Notes: generated from the sequence alone by a model not told the origin. A stretch of DNA of 64,000 nt from Desulfomonilia bacterium (GCA_963664325.2 CAXXDQ010000002.1:239250-303249), one strand, 5' to 3'; positions 1-11,873 are shown, counted from the first letter of the stretch. A program made the numbers and translations.

Positions 1-1377
1 GGCAACGATGCATTTCAGGAAGCAGATACTGTAGGCATTACAAGGTCATGCACAAAACATAATTTTTTAGTTAAAGATGTGAACGAGCTCCCTAAAATAA
101 TCAAGGAAGCGTTTTATATCGCACGGACAGGCAGGCCTGGGCCTGTTTTGATTGACCTCCCAAAAGACGTAATGAATGCACAGGCTTTATTCAAATACCC
201 GGAAGAAGTTCACCTAAGGGGTTATTCACCGACTTACAAGGGACATCCGGGTCAGATAAAAAGGATTGTTGATACCATACTCAAAAGCAAAAGACCTGTG
301 ATTTATGCCGGGGGTGGGATCATCCTTTCGAATGCCGCAGATGAATTGAGAGAGTTTGCCCGTACAACACATATACCGGTGGCGTTGACCCTTATGGGTC
401 TTGGAGCATACCCTGCAGACGAGAGGGGATTCCTCGGGATGCTTGGCATGCACGGTACATATTATGCCAATATGGCTGTACATGAATCAGACTGTCTTGT
501 CTCAATTGGTGCACGGTTTGATGACCGTGTAACCGGAAAGATTGATGAATTTTCACCGAAAGCGAAGATAATACATATAGACATCGACCCCACTTCCATA
601 AGTAAGAATGTAAAAGTGGACCTGCCAGTAGTGGGAGACTGCAGGAGTGTACTCTCAGACATGCTTGCACTGCTTGAAATCAGGTCAAAAGACCTTGGTG
701 AGCTTAACCGTGAAATCGAGCCTTGGAACAAGGAGATTGATCACTGGAAAGAACATATGCCCCTTAAATACGATTCTTCTGATCAGCTAATCAAACCCCA
801 ATATGTTATTGAAACCATAGACAGGATTACCCCGGAAGATACTATAATCACAACAGAAGTCGGACAAAACCAGATGTGGACAGCACAGTTTTACAGGTTC
901 AACAAACCGAGGCTGTTCCTTACCTCCGGAGGATTGGGGACAATGGGATACGGTTTTCCTGCGGCAATAGGCGCCCAGGCTGCATTTCCTGATAGAACGG
1001 TTATCGATATAGCAGGAGACGGATCGATACAGATGAATATTCAGGAGCTTGCAACAGCCGTACAATATAAACTCAATGTGAAGGTCATGATACTCAATAA
1101 CTCCAACCTCGGTATGGTCAGACAATGGCAATGCCTTTTCTATAGAAAAAGATATTCTTATACTGCCATGAATTTTTCCCCTGATTTTGTAAAGCTGGCC
1201 CAAGCTTACGGAGCGAATGGATTTCTGGTAGATAAACCGGCGGATGTTGAAGATGCCATAAAAGAGGCATTAGAAATTAATGGTCCGGTATTTGTTGACT
1301 TCAGGGTTGACCCGGATGAACATGTCTATCCAATGGTGCCTTCAGGTGCGCCTATTAAGAACATGTTGCTGGTATGA
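1..1377 (+). CDS. ilvB: Acetolactate synthase large subunit (5' truncated by window edge)
   Basis: Frame is open from base 1 ([21 protein letters not shown]). Motifs [25 protein letters not shown] motif GDGSIQMN...NN, GMVRQWQ. Confidence 0.96.
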   Translation, partial: GNDAFQEADTVGITRSCTKHNFLVKDVNELPKIIKEAFYIARTGRPGPVLIDLPKDVMNAQALFKYPEEVHLRGYSPTYKGHPGQIKRIVDTILKSKRPVIYAGGGIILSNAADELREFARTTHIPVALTLMGLGAYPADERGFLGMLGMHGTYYANMAVHESDCLVSIGARFDDRVTGKIDEFSPKAKIIHIDIDPTSISKNVKVDLPVVGDCRSVLSDMLALLEIRSKDLGELNREIEPWNKEIDHWKEHMPLKYDSSDQLIKPQYVIETIDRITPEDTIITTEVGQNQMWTAQFYRFNKPRLFLTSGGLGTMGYGFPAAIGAQAAFPDRTVIDIAGDGSIQMNIQELATAVQYKLNVKVMILNNSNLGMVRQWQCLFYRKRYSYTAMNFSPDFVKLAQAYGANGFLVDKPADVEDAIKEALEINGPVFVDFRVDPDEHVYPMVPSGAPIKNMLLV

Positions 1378-1402
1378 GGAAGGAGTAAGAGGATAGGATT
1401 GT

Positions 1403-2916
<1,514 letters not shown>

Positions 2917-2918
2917 CT

Positions 2919-3746
2919 ATGAGGAGAAGAAGATTCAGAAGATTGAATAATGAAGAGTTAAAGAGGAAGATCCCTTTATTGCCAAATTTTGTTACAACAA
3001 TAGGGCTCTTTTTCGGATTTTTTTCCATCATGTTTTCACTCAAAGGGAATTTTTACAATGCCGCGATCATGATAATCCTGGCAGGTTTTATTGATGGAAT
3101 TGATGGAAGAATTGCACGTGCAACCAATTCAACTTCAGCCTTCGGGAAAGAATATGATTCCCTCTGTGACGTGATATGTTTTGGTGCAGCCCCTGCACTG
3201 ATGGTCTATCTCTGGGAACTGTCAGGGTTCGGCAGGATGGGATTCCTTGCAAGTTTTGTCTACGTTGCTTGCGGGGCACTGAGACTTGCACGCTTCAACA
3301 CGGACACTACAGGCGACGGGACAAAATTTACGGGCCTTCCGATCCCGGTTGCGGCCGTAACTCTCGCCAGCATACTTCTTATTTATGGAACGATGAGCGA
3401 ATATCAGAATATTCCATACGCGGTCTCATTTATTGAATCAATCAAAGGTGTTCCGATTCTTGCAGGCGTGTTCTTCCTGGCATTTCTTATGGTCAGCACC
3501 ATAAAGTACCCGAGCTTTAAACATGTAACTTATATAAAAGCGCATCCGTTCCAGCTCCTGGTTGCAGGGGTGCTGCTGCTAATGGTAATAGCTTATCAGC
3601 CTGAAATAATGGCTTTTCTCCTTGCCATGACCTTCGTAATCGGCGGGATAATCCTCAATATTATCCAATATCTTTTTCACAGAAGCAGGAAGGTTGCGAG
3701 CGAGGAAATGAATGAAACCATCCCGAGAGAGAATCATAATATTTGA
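2919..3746 (+). CDS. pssA: CDP-diacylglycerol--serine O-phosphatidyltransferase
   Basis: CDP-alcohol phosphotransferase motif DGIDGRIARATNSTSAFGKEYDSLCD; LRLARFN; multiple transmembrane segments. Confidence 0.92.
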   Translation: MRRRRFRRLNNEELKRKIPLLPNFVTTIGLFFGFFSIMFSLKGNFYNAAIMIILAGFIDGIDGRIARATNSTSAFGKEYDSLCDVICFGAAPALMVYLWELSGFGRMGFLASFVYVACGALRLARFNTDTTGDGTKFTGLPIPVAAVTLASILLIYGTMSEYQNIPYAVSFIESIKGVPILAGVFFLAFLMVSTIKYPSFKHVTYIKAHPFQLLVAGVLLLMVIAYQPEIMAFLLAMTFVIGGIILNIIQYLFHRSRKVASEEMNETIPRENHNI

Positions 3747-5244
3747 TACAACACTGAGAGACGGGGAACAGTCCCCGGGTGCCACAATGGATGTGCATGA
3801 AAAGGTAATTGTGGCAAAGCAGCTTGAACTGCTCGGTGTCGATAAGATTGAAGCCGGGTTTCCCATAACCTCGCCGGGGGATTTTGACGCCGTGCAAGCA
3901 GTTGCATCTGAATTGGTAAAACCGCAGATAATAGGTCTTTGCCGTGCCAGAGAACAGGATATATTGACTGCATGGGAAGCCGTCAAGGAAGCGAAAAATC
4001 CAGGGCTCCATACATTTATTGCAACTTCGGACATCCACCTCAAACACAAACTCCGTATGGAGCGCGATGAGGTTTTAAGGCATGTCCAATATGCAGTTGG
4101 TTTCTGCAGATCCATTTCTTCAAACATAGAGTTTTCTGCGGAGGATGCAACCCGTTCGGATTGGGATTTCCTGGCTGAAGTTTTTACAGCTGCTATTGAG
4201 GCCGGTGCAGATACTTTGAATGTACCGGACACCGTAGGTTATACTACTCCGAAGGAATTTTCTGATCTTATAAGACATCTTAAAAGTAAGGTTAAGGGAA
4301 TTGATAAGGCGACCCTGTCCGTACACTGCCACAACGATCTGGGGCTTGCCACAGCAAATTCGATATCTGCAGTTCTGGCGGGTGCCCGTCAAATAGAATG
4401 TACAGTCAATGGAATTGGCGAGCGGGCAGGAAATACATCACTTGAAGAAGCCGTGATGATTATGAATGTCCGCAAAGATCTTTACCATCTGGAAAATGGA
4501 GTAGATACCTCTCAGATTTACCCGGCCAGCCGTCTTGTATCGCATATAACGGGTATTCCTGTTCAGCCGAACAAGGCGATTGTAGGTGCAAACGCCTTTG
4601 CTCATGAATCTGGCATTCATCAGGACGGCTTTCTGAAGGAGCGTCTAACATATGAAATAATGACCCCTGAAGCGGTCGGCATAGGAAAATCTCAACTGGT
4701 GCTGGGAAAACATTCCGGCAAGCATGCGCTGGACAACCGTCTGAAGGGAATGGGTTACAATCTTAACGAAGATGAGCTGAAAAAAGTTTTCAACCGCTTC
4801 AAGGAGATTTCTGATAAGAAAAAGAAGGTTTACGATGCCGATATTGAGGCGATAGTCATTGAAGAAATCTATAGAATTCCTGACAGGTATGAACTGAAAA
4901 ACATAAACGTCAGTTCAGGAACGGTAACCATACCGACCGCAACTGTACAGCTCTGCATTGATGGTGAGATTTCTCTTGATGCAGGTTTCGGAAACGGCCC
5001 GGTCGATGCACTGTTCAAGACAATTATAAAAATGACCGGAAACAATGCTGAACTCCAGAGATTCAGCGTAAGTTCCATAACCGGCGGGACAGACGCACAG
5101 GGTGAAGTCGCGGTCGAACTGAGAGATCGCGATCTGGTATCGGTGGGACATGGCTCTGACCCTGATATCCTTGTCGCGTCTGCAAGGGCGCTTGTTAATG
5201 CGATGAATAAAATGGAGTTCATAAAAAAACGAAAGCCCATATAA
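3712..5244 (+). CDS. leuA: 2-isopropylmalate synthase
   Basis: FDTTLRDGEQSPG, HCHNDLGLA, GERAGN, HESGIHQDG; C-terminal regulatory domain with GNGPVDA. Confidence 0.96.
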   Translation: MKPSRERIIIFDTTLRDGEQSPGATMDVHEKVIVAKQLELLGVDKIEAGFPITSPGDFDAVQAVASELVKPQIIGLCRAREQDILTAWEAVKEAKNPGLHTFIATSDIHLKHKLRMERDEVLRHVQYAVGFCRSISSNIEFSAEDATRSDWDFLAEVFTAAIEAGADTLNVPDTVGYTTPKEFSDLIRHLKSKVKGIDKATLSVHCHNDLGLATANSISAVLAGARQIECTVNGIGERAGNTSLEEAVMIMNVRKDLYHLENGVDTSQIYPASRLVSHITGIPVQPNKAIVGANAFAHESGIHQDGFLKERLTYEIMTPEAVGIGKSQLVLGKHSGKHALDNRLKGMGYNLNEDELKKVFNRFKEISDKKKKVYDADIEAIVIEEIYRIPDRYELKNINVSSGTVTIPTATVQLCIDGEISLDAGFGNGPVDALFKTIIKMTGNNAELQRFSVSSITGGTDAQGEVAVELRDRDLVSVGHGSDPDILVASARALVNAMNKMEFIKKRKPI

Positions 5245-5266
5245 ACTGGCAAGGGAGTATCCTCAA

Positions 5267-6529
5267 TTGGGATCTACAATTACCGAAAAGATATTATCCT
5301 CACATATTGAAGGCAAAAAGGTTAAGCCCGGTGAGTTCGTACGCCTTCATATAGATGTCGCACTTGCGAATGATATTACCGCCCCGATAGCCATTAAAGA
5401 GTTTGAAAATTCCGGTGCATCAAATCTTTATGAACCGGACAGGGTCGTATTTGTGCTTGATCATTTTACTCCAAATAAGGACATAGACTCTGCCAGCCAG
5501 TGTAGATTTGTCAGGAAATTTGCAGGAAAACATGGAATAAAAAATTTATTCGATGGCGGAAACTGCGGTGTGGAACATGCACTTCTCCCTGAAAAAGGCC
5601 TTGTACTGCCGGGTGATGTAATTATTGGTGCGGACAGCCATACCTGCACATATGGAGGATTGGGGGCATTTGCCACAGGGGTGGGCAGTACTGACCTGGC
5701 CGCAGCGATGATAACAGGACAGGCATGGTTTATGGTGCCCGAGACCATGAAATTTGTTTTCAATGGCTCACTCCTGCCCTGGGTCGGGGGCAAAGACCTC
5801 ATCTTGTATCTTATCGGCAAGATAGGCGTGGACGGTGCGCTCTACAAGACAATGGAAATCTCCGGCAAGGCAATAGAAACGCTAGATCTCAGCGGGAGGC
5901 TTACAATTGCCAACATGGCCATTGAGGCGGGTGCAAAGGCGGGGATAATTGAGGCTGATGATAAAACAGTTGATTACATTAACAAACGGGCAACAAGGTC
6001 ATACACAATATATAAAAGTGATGAAGATGCAAATTTTGAATCTGTGCACGAATACGATTGTGCCAATATCGAACCGCAGGTTGCTTTCCCACATTTGCCA
6101 GAAAAGGCAAGGGGAATAAGCGAAGTCGGTGAGATCAGAATAGATCAGGTGATAATCGGCTCATGCACAAACGGCAGGATTGAAGATCTCAGGGTTGCTG
6201 CAGATATTATGAAGGGGAAGCGTATCAATAAAGATGTTCGATGCATTATCCTTCCGGCAACACCGGAAGTCTATCTGAAGGCTGAAGATGAAGGGCTGCT
6301 CAGAATATTCCTTGAAGCGGGAGCCGTTCTTGGACCGCCGACCTGCGGCCCATGCCTGGGCGGGCATATGGGCATTCTTGCTGAAGGAGAAAAGGCTGTA
6401 TCCACTACCAACCGCAACTTTGTTGGCAGGATGGGGCACAGGACTAGCGAGGTTTATCTTGCCGGGCCTGCAATAGCTGCCGCATCATCGATTACCGGGA
6501 AAATATCGTCACCAGAGGAAGTGAAGTGA
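5267..6529 (+). CDS. leuC: 3-isopropylmalate dehydratase large subunit (short type 2; TTG start)
   Basis: GADSHTCT, IGSCTNGR, CGPCLG Fe-S ligands, STTNRNFVGRMG; AAGGGAG SD upstream. Confidence 0.93.
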   Translation: MGSTITEKILSSHIEGKKVKPGEFVRLHIDVALANDITAPIAIKEFENSGASNLYEPDRVVFVLDHFTPNKDIDSASQCRFVRKFAGKHGIKNLFDGGNCGVEHALLPEKGLVLPGDVIIGADSHTCTYGGLGAFATGVGSTDLAAAMITGQAWFMVPETMKFVFNGSLLPWVGGKDLILYLIGKIGVDGALYKTMEISGKAIETLDLSGRLTIANMAIEAGAKAGIIEADDKTVDYINKRATRSYTIYKSDEDANFESVHEYDCANIEPQVAFPHLPEKARGISEVGEIRIDQVIIGSCTNGRIEDLRVAADIMKGKRINKDVRCIILPATPEVYLKAEDEGLLRIFLEAGAVLGPPTCGPCLGGHMGILAEGEKAVSTTNRNFVGRMGHRTSEVYLAGPAIAAASSITGKISSPEEVK

Positions 6530-7029
6530 TGATCCAGGAAATGAAAGGAAGAGCATTTGTCTTTGGAAACGACATTGATACAGATGCAATTATACCAGCC
6601 AGATACCTGAACACCTCTGATCCGGAAATACTGAAAAAACATGTTATGGAAGATGCTGATTCCGAATTTGCCTCAAAAATAGGTCATGGTGATATAATTG
6701 TTGCCGGAAAAAATTTCGGCTGCGGATCCTCTCGTGAACATGCGCCTATTGCAATAAAAGCTTCAGGCATCAGTTGCGTCATAGCGGAAAGTTTTGCCCG
6801 TATTTTCTTTCGTAACAGCTTCAACATAGGGCTTCCCATATTAATATCTGTTGAGGCTTCCAGAGATATTAGGCAGGGCGATCTTCTGGAAGTTAATGCG
6901 GATGAGGGAGTTATCAGAAATATTTCTACAGGGAAAAAGTACAGTTCCAACCGGTTGCCTGATTTTATCACAGAACTCGTAGCAGATGGCGGGCTGATTG
7001 AACATATTAAAAAGCGCGGCAGTATCTGA
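6526..7029 (+). CDS. leuD: 3-isopropylmalate dehydratase small subunit
   Basis: DIDTDAIIPARYL, NFGCGSSREHAP, SFARIFFRN. Confidence 0.93.
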   Translation: MMIQEMKGRAFVFGNDIDTDAIIPARYLNTSDPEILKKHVMEDADSEFASKIGHGDIIVAGKNFGCGSSREHAPIAIKASGISCVIAESFARIFFRNSFNIGLPILISVEASRDIRQGDLLEVNADEGVIRNISTGKKYSSNRLPDFITELVADGGLIEHIKKRGSI

Positions 7030-7133
7030 TTAATATGAAATAATTAGAAATATAAATAACCAGTATATTTTATCAAGAACAGCTATTCAAGATGTTTACG
7101 GAATAATAAGTTCGGATACATTATCCCGGGAAT

Positions 7134-7167
7134 AAAAAAATCCCCCCGGCAGAGACCAGGGGGATTT
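7134..7167 (-). terminator. Intrinsic terminator (possibly bidirectional) between convergent leuD and the lipoprotein gene
   Basis: Minus strand reads AAATCCCCCTGG-TCTCTG-CCGGGGGGATTT, ending in a 7-nt U tract. Confidence 0.8.
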
Positions 7168-7181
7168 GCGTGAATGCCCTC

Positions 7182-7439
7182 TTACTTCGCTGCTGGTGGA
7201 GCTGCAGGTGCCGGAGCTGCAGGTGCCTCTGGAGCCGGGGCTGCTGGTGCTGCCTCTGGAGCCGGGGCTGCTGGTGCTGCTGGTGCCGGAGCTGCTTCAG
7301 GAGCTGGAGCCGGAGCTGCAGGAACTGCCTGCTCTGTTGTTGCAGGAGCCGGAGCTTCTTCTTTCTTTGCACAGCCTACTGAAACTGTTACTGCAAAAAC
7401 AACAAGTAATGCTACTGCTAGATTGATCCATTTGTTCAT
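7182..7439 (-). CDS. Small Ala/Pro-rich lipoprotein
   Basis: Signal peptide and lipobox (VSVG-C), then APAPEAAPAAP repeats; GGAGA SD upstream; followed by a terminator. Confidence 0.8.
   Translation of the reverse strand: MNKWINLAVALLVVFAVTVSVGCAKKEEAPAPATTEQAVPAAPAPAPEAAPAPAAPAAPAPEAAPAAPAPEAPAAPAPAAPPAAK
7225..7278. repeat. Perfect 2 x 27-bp coding tandem repeat
   Basis: GCCTCTGGAGCCGGGGCTGCTGGTGCT occurs at 7225 and at 7252. Confidence 0.85.
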
Positions 7440-7487
7440 ACCACTATCTCCTTTAAAATTTTTATTTTTGTAATTCTATTGACTGCT

Positions 7488-8042
7488 TTATTTGTTAACT
7501 ATTACAAACTGGTCGTTTCTGTTCTTGGCCCAGGCTTCTTCCGTGTGTCCTGGATCAAGGGGTTTTTCCTTACCGTAACTTATCGTGGAAATACGTTCTT
7601 TTTCAACTCCCAGTGTTACTAGGAAATCCATAGCGGCTTTTGCTCTTCTCTCGCCCAGGGCCAGGTTGTATTCGACGGTTCCTCTTTCATCGCAGTTTCC
7701 TGCAATTTGAATTGTAACGTTAGAATGAGCTTTCAGGAAAGTTCCATCCTGATTCAATATTTCCTGTGCCTCAGGTTTTAAATCAAATTTGTCAAAATCA
7801 AAATATATATTCTTTTCCTGAAGTGCCTTAATTTCATCATCAAGACTTGGCATAGGGGCTTGGGTCTGTATCTTGACTTCCTCTTTGGGCTTTTCCGGAG
7901 CTGGTGCTGGTGCCGGTTCAGCGACCGGAGCTTTAATTTCTTCCACCGGTTTTGGAGGCTCAGCCTTTTTTGCGCAACCACTAACCACGAATGCCAGTAC
8001 GATAAATAGTACTGCAATCGAACCGAAATAGGATTTTCTCAT
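7488..8042 (-). CDS. pal: Peptidoglycan-associated lipoprotein Pal
   Basis: Lipobox VSG-C; OmpA-like C-terminal domain IYFDFDK, GNCDERGTVEYNLALGERRA, SYGKEKP, AWAKNR. Confidence 0.92.
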   Translation of the reverse strand: MRKSYFGSIAVLFIVLAFVVSGCAKKAEPPKPVEEIKAPVAEPAPAPAPEKPKEEVKIQTQAPMPSLDDEIKALQEKNIYFDFDKFDLKPEAQEILNQDGTFLKAHSNVTIQIAGNCDERGTVEYNLALGERRAKAAMDFLVTLGVEKERISTISYGKEKPLDPGHTEEAWAKNRNDQFVIVNK

Positions 8043-8602
8043 CAGATACCTCCTGCGTAGTTTTTTTAAAATTAATTGTTAATTACTCTTTACGTTGTGA
8101 TGGTCAAGTGGAAAAAGCTTCTCTTGCTATTAACAATCCTGAACATGCTTTTTTATTATAACGACATAAAAGCCTTGTCAACAAGAAATCTCCTCATAAA
8201 GTAGCTTGTAAAGCCACTTTATGGGCGTTTTAAATTAAAATGCTCTAATGTCCGATTAAATTTTTAGGATAATATTTTCAACCTGTTCTCCTGTATTGTC
8301 AAAAAGCATCATATTTTAACTGTCTTTAAGTGCTGGCATAGTGTCTCTATTTGAGCCTTCCCTGTGTGTTTTTGCAGGGTTTGTAAAGCTGGATTTGTTT
8401 GGAAGGAGATCGCTGTTACTCCCAATCAAAATAGTATAAGTTTTTTGTTACTCCTAAAACAATTGTATTCTCAATCCATGATCTGCCATGATACGGGATA
8501 TTTACGGACTTTGCGAAATCCCCTTAAGCATACGAAGCCAATGATTATAATGATATTATAATTAAGAAAAATATCTTTATAACCAAAAACGATTCCTTAT
8601 TT

Positions 8603-10459
8603 TTAAACATCGTCTGAGAGGCTGTCGAGTCTTACCTCATAGACTGATTTGAGGCTGTCATATTCAGATGTAAGTCTGTCCAGTTCATCGAAGAGAATAT
8701 TGATCCTGCTTTCATTCTTGCTAAGGATAATTGAAAGTTCGGCAATCCTTTTCCCGTCTCTTTCCTGTGTTGCAAAAGTTATCGATTCGTTTAAAGTCTC
8801 CGATTCCTTTTCAAGGGCTTCTATCTCATTTTCAATATTTTCTATTTTCTGTTCCAGCGGTTTAAGAACCTTTGAGCGCTCTGTAATGATATGCGATCTT
8901 GCTTTTCTTAGCTCTTTCTTCCCAAGTGCGGCATCCATGTTGTTGTCCGATTGTTCCTGCTTGAGGGGTAATTCATCATCGCCCCAGCCGCCCTTATCAA
9001 GGAAGTCCTGATAACTGCCCTCGAATACGAACGATTTTCCATCCTGAAAAACTATAAGCCTTTCAGCCAATGCATGTAAAAACATCTCATTGTGCGTTAC
9101 AAGAATAACGGCGCCGTTGAAGCTGTCTATTGCAGAGAGAAGCGCATCGCATGATTCCATATCAAGATGGTTTGTGGGCTCATCCAGAAGAAGCATATTG
9201 ACGGGAGTTGCAAGGATTTTACCAAGCATGACCCTGCTTTTTTCCCCCCCCGACAATACGGCAATTTTTTTGAGCGCATCATCACCTTCAAAAAGCATTG
9301 CGCCGCAGATGTTTCTTGCAGTCTGCCTGTCGACATCAGGTGCGGAAGCCATTATTTCCTCTTCAATAGTGCGTTTATCAGCAAGTATGCCGACATTGGT
9401 CTGTTCGAAGAAAGACCATTCAACACCCTTGTTCCAAATGAATTCACCTGTTATCTGCTTGAGATCACCTGCAATAAGACGTAAAAGTGTAGTCTTTCCT
9501 TTGCCGTTCTGTCCCACAATGCATATTTTATCGTGTGCGCCGATTGAGATATCAAAGCCGTTAATAAGCGGGTTGGCTGGAGCAAAAGAAAAACTGATGT
9601 TTTTCGCGCTCAGGACATATTTTCCATTGTATGTCTTTTCCCTGAAACTGAATTCGAGTGTTTTTAGATTTTCAAGCTTGTTCTTTTTCTCCTGCTTTTC
9701 CAGGGCCTTCACCCTTGACTGGACGAGCCCTGCAAGTCTGGCCTTTGCCCTGAAGCGGGTGATGAATAGCTCAACCTCTTTTCTCTTCCTTTCATCATTC
9801 AGCCTTGTTTTTTCATAAATCTCTTCATCCTGAGCCATCTGCGTATAGTACTTTTCCGTGGTTCCTGGGATTTTCCGCAGCTTTTTCCTGTGAATGCCTA
9901 TCACATGCGTTATTACCTTATCCATGAAACCGCGGTCATGTGTGATAAGCATAAGTTCGCGGGGCCAGCCTTGAAGAAATTTTTCAATCCACCTTATGGA
10001 TGTAATATCCAGGTAATTTGTGGGTTCGTCGAGGAGCAGCAGATCCGGTTCTGAAACAAGCACCTTGGCAAGGTTGAGCCTTATCTGGTAACCGCCGGAG
10101 AATTCAAGGGGGTTTCTGTCCATGTCTGACGGCTCAAAACCCAGACCTGCAAGCACCTTCTCAACCTTCCAGGAATGTTCCTTTTCTGCCTTGGGCAAAC
10201 CTTTCATGCCTTCTTTCAGAACCGTATCTTCCGTAAAATCAAGCTGCTGCTTTACATAACCTATACGGTAATTGCGGGGGATTGTAACCGAACCTTCATC
10301 AGGGAAGTCTTCACCTGTAATAATTCTCAGAAGTGTTGTTTTGCCGTGGCCGTTACGCCCGACAAGACCGACCTTTTCCTTCTGGTTAAGCTTGAAACTT
10401 GCTCCTTCGAACAGTGTCTGTTTGCCATACGCTTTTCCTAGATTGTCAATGCTTATCAT
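8603..10459 (-). CDS. ABC-F family ATPase
   Basis: Two ABC cassettes (GRNGHGKTT/FSGG/DEPTNYLD and GQNGKGKTT/LSGGEK/DEPTNHLD), no transmembrane segment, C-terminal coiled coil. Confidence 0.93.
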   Translation of the reverse strand: MISIDNLGKAYGKQTLFEGASFKLNQKEKVGLVGRNGHGKTTLLRIITGEDFPDEGSVTIPRNYRIGYVKQQLDFTEDTVLKEGMKGLPKAEKEHSWKVEKVLAGLGFEPSDMDRNPLEFSGGYQIRLNLAKVLVSEPDLLLLDEPTNYLDITSIRWIEKFLQGWPRELMLITHDRGFMDKVITHVIGIHRKKLRKIPGTTEKYYTQMAQDEEIYEKTRLNDERKRKEVELFITRFRAKARLAGLVQSRVKALEKQEKKNKLENLKTLEFSFREKTYNGKYVLSAKNISFSFAPANPLINGFDISIGAHDKICIVGQNGKGKTTLLRLIAGDLKQITGEFIWNKGVEWSFFEQTNVGILADKRTIEEEIMASAPDVDRQTARNICGAMLFEGDDALKKIAVLSGGEKSRVMLGKILATPVNMLLLDEPTNHLDMESCDALLSAIDSFNGAVILVTHNEMFLHALAERLIVFQDGKSFVFEGSYQDFLDKGGWGDDELPLKQEQSDNNMDAALGKKELRKARSHIITERSKVLKPLEQKIENIENEIEALEKESETLNESITFATQERDGKRIAELSIILSKNESRINILFDELDRLTSEYDSLKSVYEVRLDSLSDDV

Positions 10460-10469
10460 ATGCTGATTG

Positions 10470-10498
10470 AAGCTATAAGATCAGAGACAAGCTGTCAA
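10470..10498 (-). promoter_or_regulatory. Sigma70-type promoter of the ABC-F gene (very short leader)
   Basis: Minus strand TTGACA-17 nt-TAGCTT, ending 10 nt before the ATG at 10459; no SD. Confidence 0.55.
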
Positions 10499-10561
10499 TC
10501 GTGCAGGTTTTTTAATCTGCCTGCCATCGGTCAGATGTATATAAAAGGTGATTTTTATAAA

Positions 10562-10577
10562 TTGACTGAAATGTCAA
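10562..10577. promoter_or_regulatory. Palindromic operator, probable TetR site
   Basis: TTGAC-TGAAAT-GTCAA just upstream of the tetR -35; a second palindrome, TTGAC-AC-GTCAA, overlaps the -35. Confidence 0.55.
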
Positions 10578-10585
10578 AAATTAAA

Positions 10586-10622
10586 TTGACACGTCAATCA
10601 ACTTTCGATATCCTTTTCTTTA
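10586..10622 (+). promoter_or_regulatory. Sigma70 promoter giving a leaderless tetR mRNA
   Basis: TTGACA (10586)-17 nt-TATCCT (10609)-7 nt-ATG (10622); no SD. Confidence 0.7.
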
Positions 10623-11209
10623 TGGCTAAAGATGATAAGCAGAAAATTATTATTGATGCTGCATTGGAAGTCTTCAGGGATAAAGGATTCGCTAATACCC
10701 GCATGGCCGACATAGCCAATCGCGCAGGGGTTTCATACGGTCTGGTCTATCATTATTTTTCAAGCAAGGAAGTTCTTTTCGACGTTATTGTTGAGTCATG
10801 GTGGAAAAGTCTTTACGAGATGCTTGAGAGGGAAAAGGCGGTTGAAGATGGGTTTGAGAACAAACTCAGAAATATAATAAGCTTTTTCCTTGATACCTAT
10901 GACAAAAATCCTAACCTGATGGCGATTTTCGTCACTGAAGTTTCAAGGAGTTCTGTATACCACACAGCAAGAGGGCTTTCCAAGTTCAGGAAACTGTTTG
11001 AGCTGTTCGAACAGATAATGGTTATAGGGCAGAAAAAGAAATTTCTTCGGAATGATGTGGCACCTCATTATCTGACCTATATTTTCCTTGGTGCCATCGA
11101 GGCCTTCCTATCTGTTGCAGTGCTGGGTAATGAGAAGCTTTCAAATGACAGGAAAATTCGAGCGACGAATGCCATCATAAGCGTATTCCTTAACGGGGCA
11201 AAGGTATGA
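10622..11209 (+). CDS. TetR/AcrR family transcriptional regulator
   Basis: IIDAALEVFRDKGFANTRMADIANRAGVSYGLVYHYFSSKE helix-turn-helix; start moved from the ORF-track 10460 to ATG 10622. Confidence 0.93.
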   Translation: MAKDDKQKIIIDAALEVFRDKGFANTRMADIANRAGVSYGLVYHYFSSKEVLFDVIVESWWKSLYEMLEREKAVEDGFENKLRNIISFFLDTYDKNPNLMAIFVTEVSRSSVYHTARGLSKFRKLFELFEQIMVIGQKKKFLRNDVAPHYLTYIFLGAIEAFLSVAVLGNEKLSNDRKIRATNAIISVFLNGAKV

Positions 11210-11291
11210 GAACCAATTCTTTGAGCTGCAAGTCAGGATCAGGGCGTGAAGTTGCAATCTGTATGTTTGATTTCATACCCGGTAGTTGTCG

Positions 11292-11873
11292 ATGCATTTG
11301 AAAGGTCAACTGCATATCCATACTACTTATTCTGATGGCAGGCTGACCCATCAGCAGGCTGCAGATACGTATTCGGGACTTGGTTTTGATTTTATAGCAT
11401 ATACAGACCATGACCACCTTTTGAAGGCGAACAATTGTGATTCGATAAAGGCGGTGAAAACAAAAATGATAGTTTTCTCAGGCATTGAACTAACATTAAG
11501 CACCCGCTGGGGCTATGTTCATGTCAGCCGTATTGAAGGGGATAAGGAGATTCTGCACACATTTAACCATCCCGGGGAACATGGATTTTCAGTAAAGCAT
11601 ACGCTTGAGGCGATAGAAGACGTTTCCAACGGTCTGAGTATTGATGCGGTTGAGATAACCCATCACGGCTTTCTTTCAAAAGAATATGATACCGATATGA
11701 TTCCCTACCCGAAGGTCGCAACCGATGACTCACATACAACTCTTGGCTGCGGAAGGGCATGGATAGAGCTTGATGCTACAAAGAAAAAAGACTCAATCAT
11801 CAAGGCTATAAAAAACGGCGACTTTGTCTGCTGCTATGTAAAGACGCCTCAAATAAAAATGGTCATCGCATGA
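11292..11873 (+). CDS. PHP-domain metal-dependent phosphoesterase
   Basis: HIHTTYSDG, TDHDH, NHP and TDDSH motifs; start uncertain. Confidence 0.8.
   Translation: MHLKGQLHIHTTYSDGRLTHQQAADTYSGLGFDFIAYTDHDHLLKANNCDSIKAVKTKMIVFSGIELTLSTRWGYVHVSRIEGDKEILHTFNHPGEHGFSVKHTLEAIEDVSNGLSIDAVEITHHGFLSKEYDTDMIPYPKVATDDSHTTLGCGRAWIELDATKKKDSIIKAIKNGDFVCCYVKTPQIKMVIA

Noticed and set aside
7121-7473. Alternative-frame low-complexity ORFs (Gln/Leu-, Cys- or Gly/Ala-rich)
   Set aside because: By-products of the Ala/Pro repeat; only 7182-7439 (minus strand) has an SD, signal peptide and lipobox.
8043-8602. 560-bp AT-rich gap upstream of pal as a small gene (8364-8561) or ncRNA
   Set aside because: No convincing SD, protein motif or RNA structure seen; probably promoter DNA. 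An Rfam scan would settle it.
10460-10621. N-terminal extensions in the ORF track (tetR from 10460; also 14226, 20806, 23554, 38666, 46784, 54071)
   Set aside because: Downstream starts have better SD/promoter context and match family N-termini.
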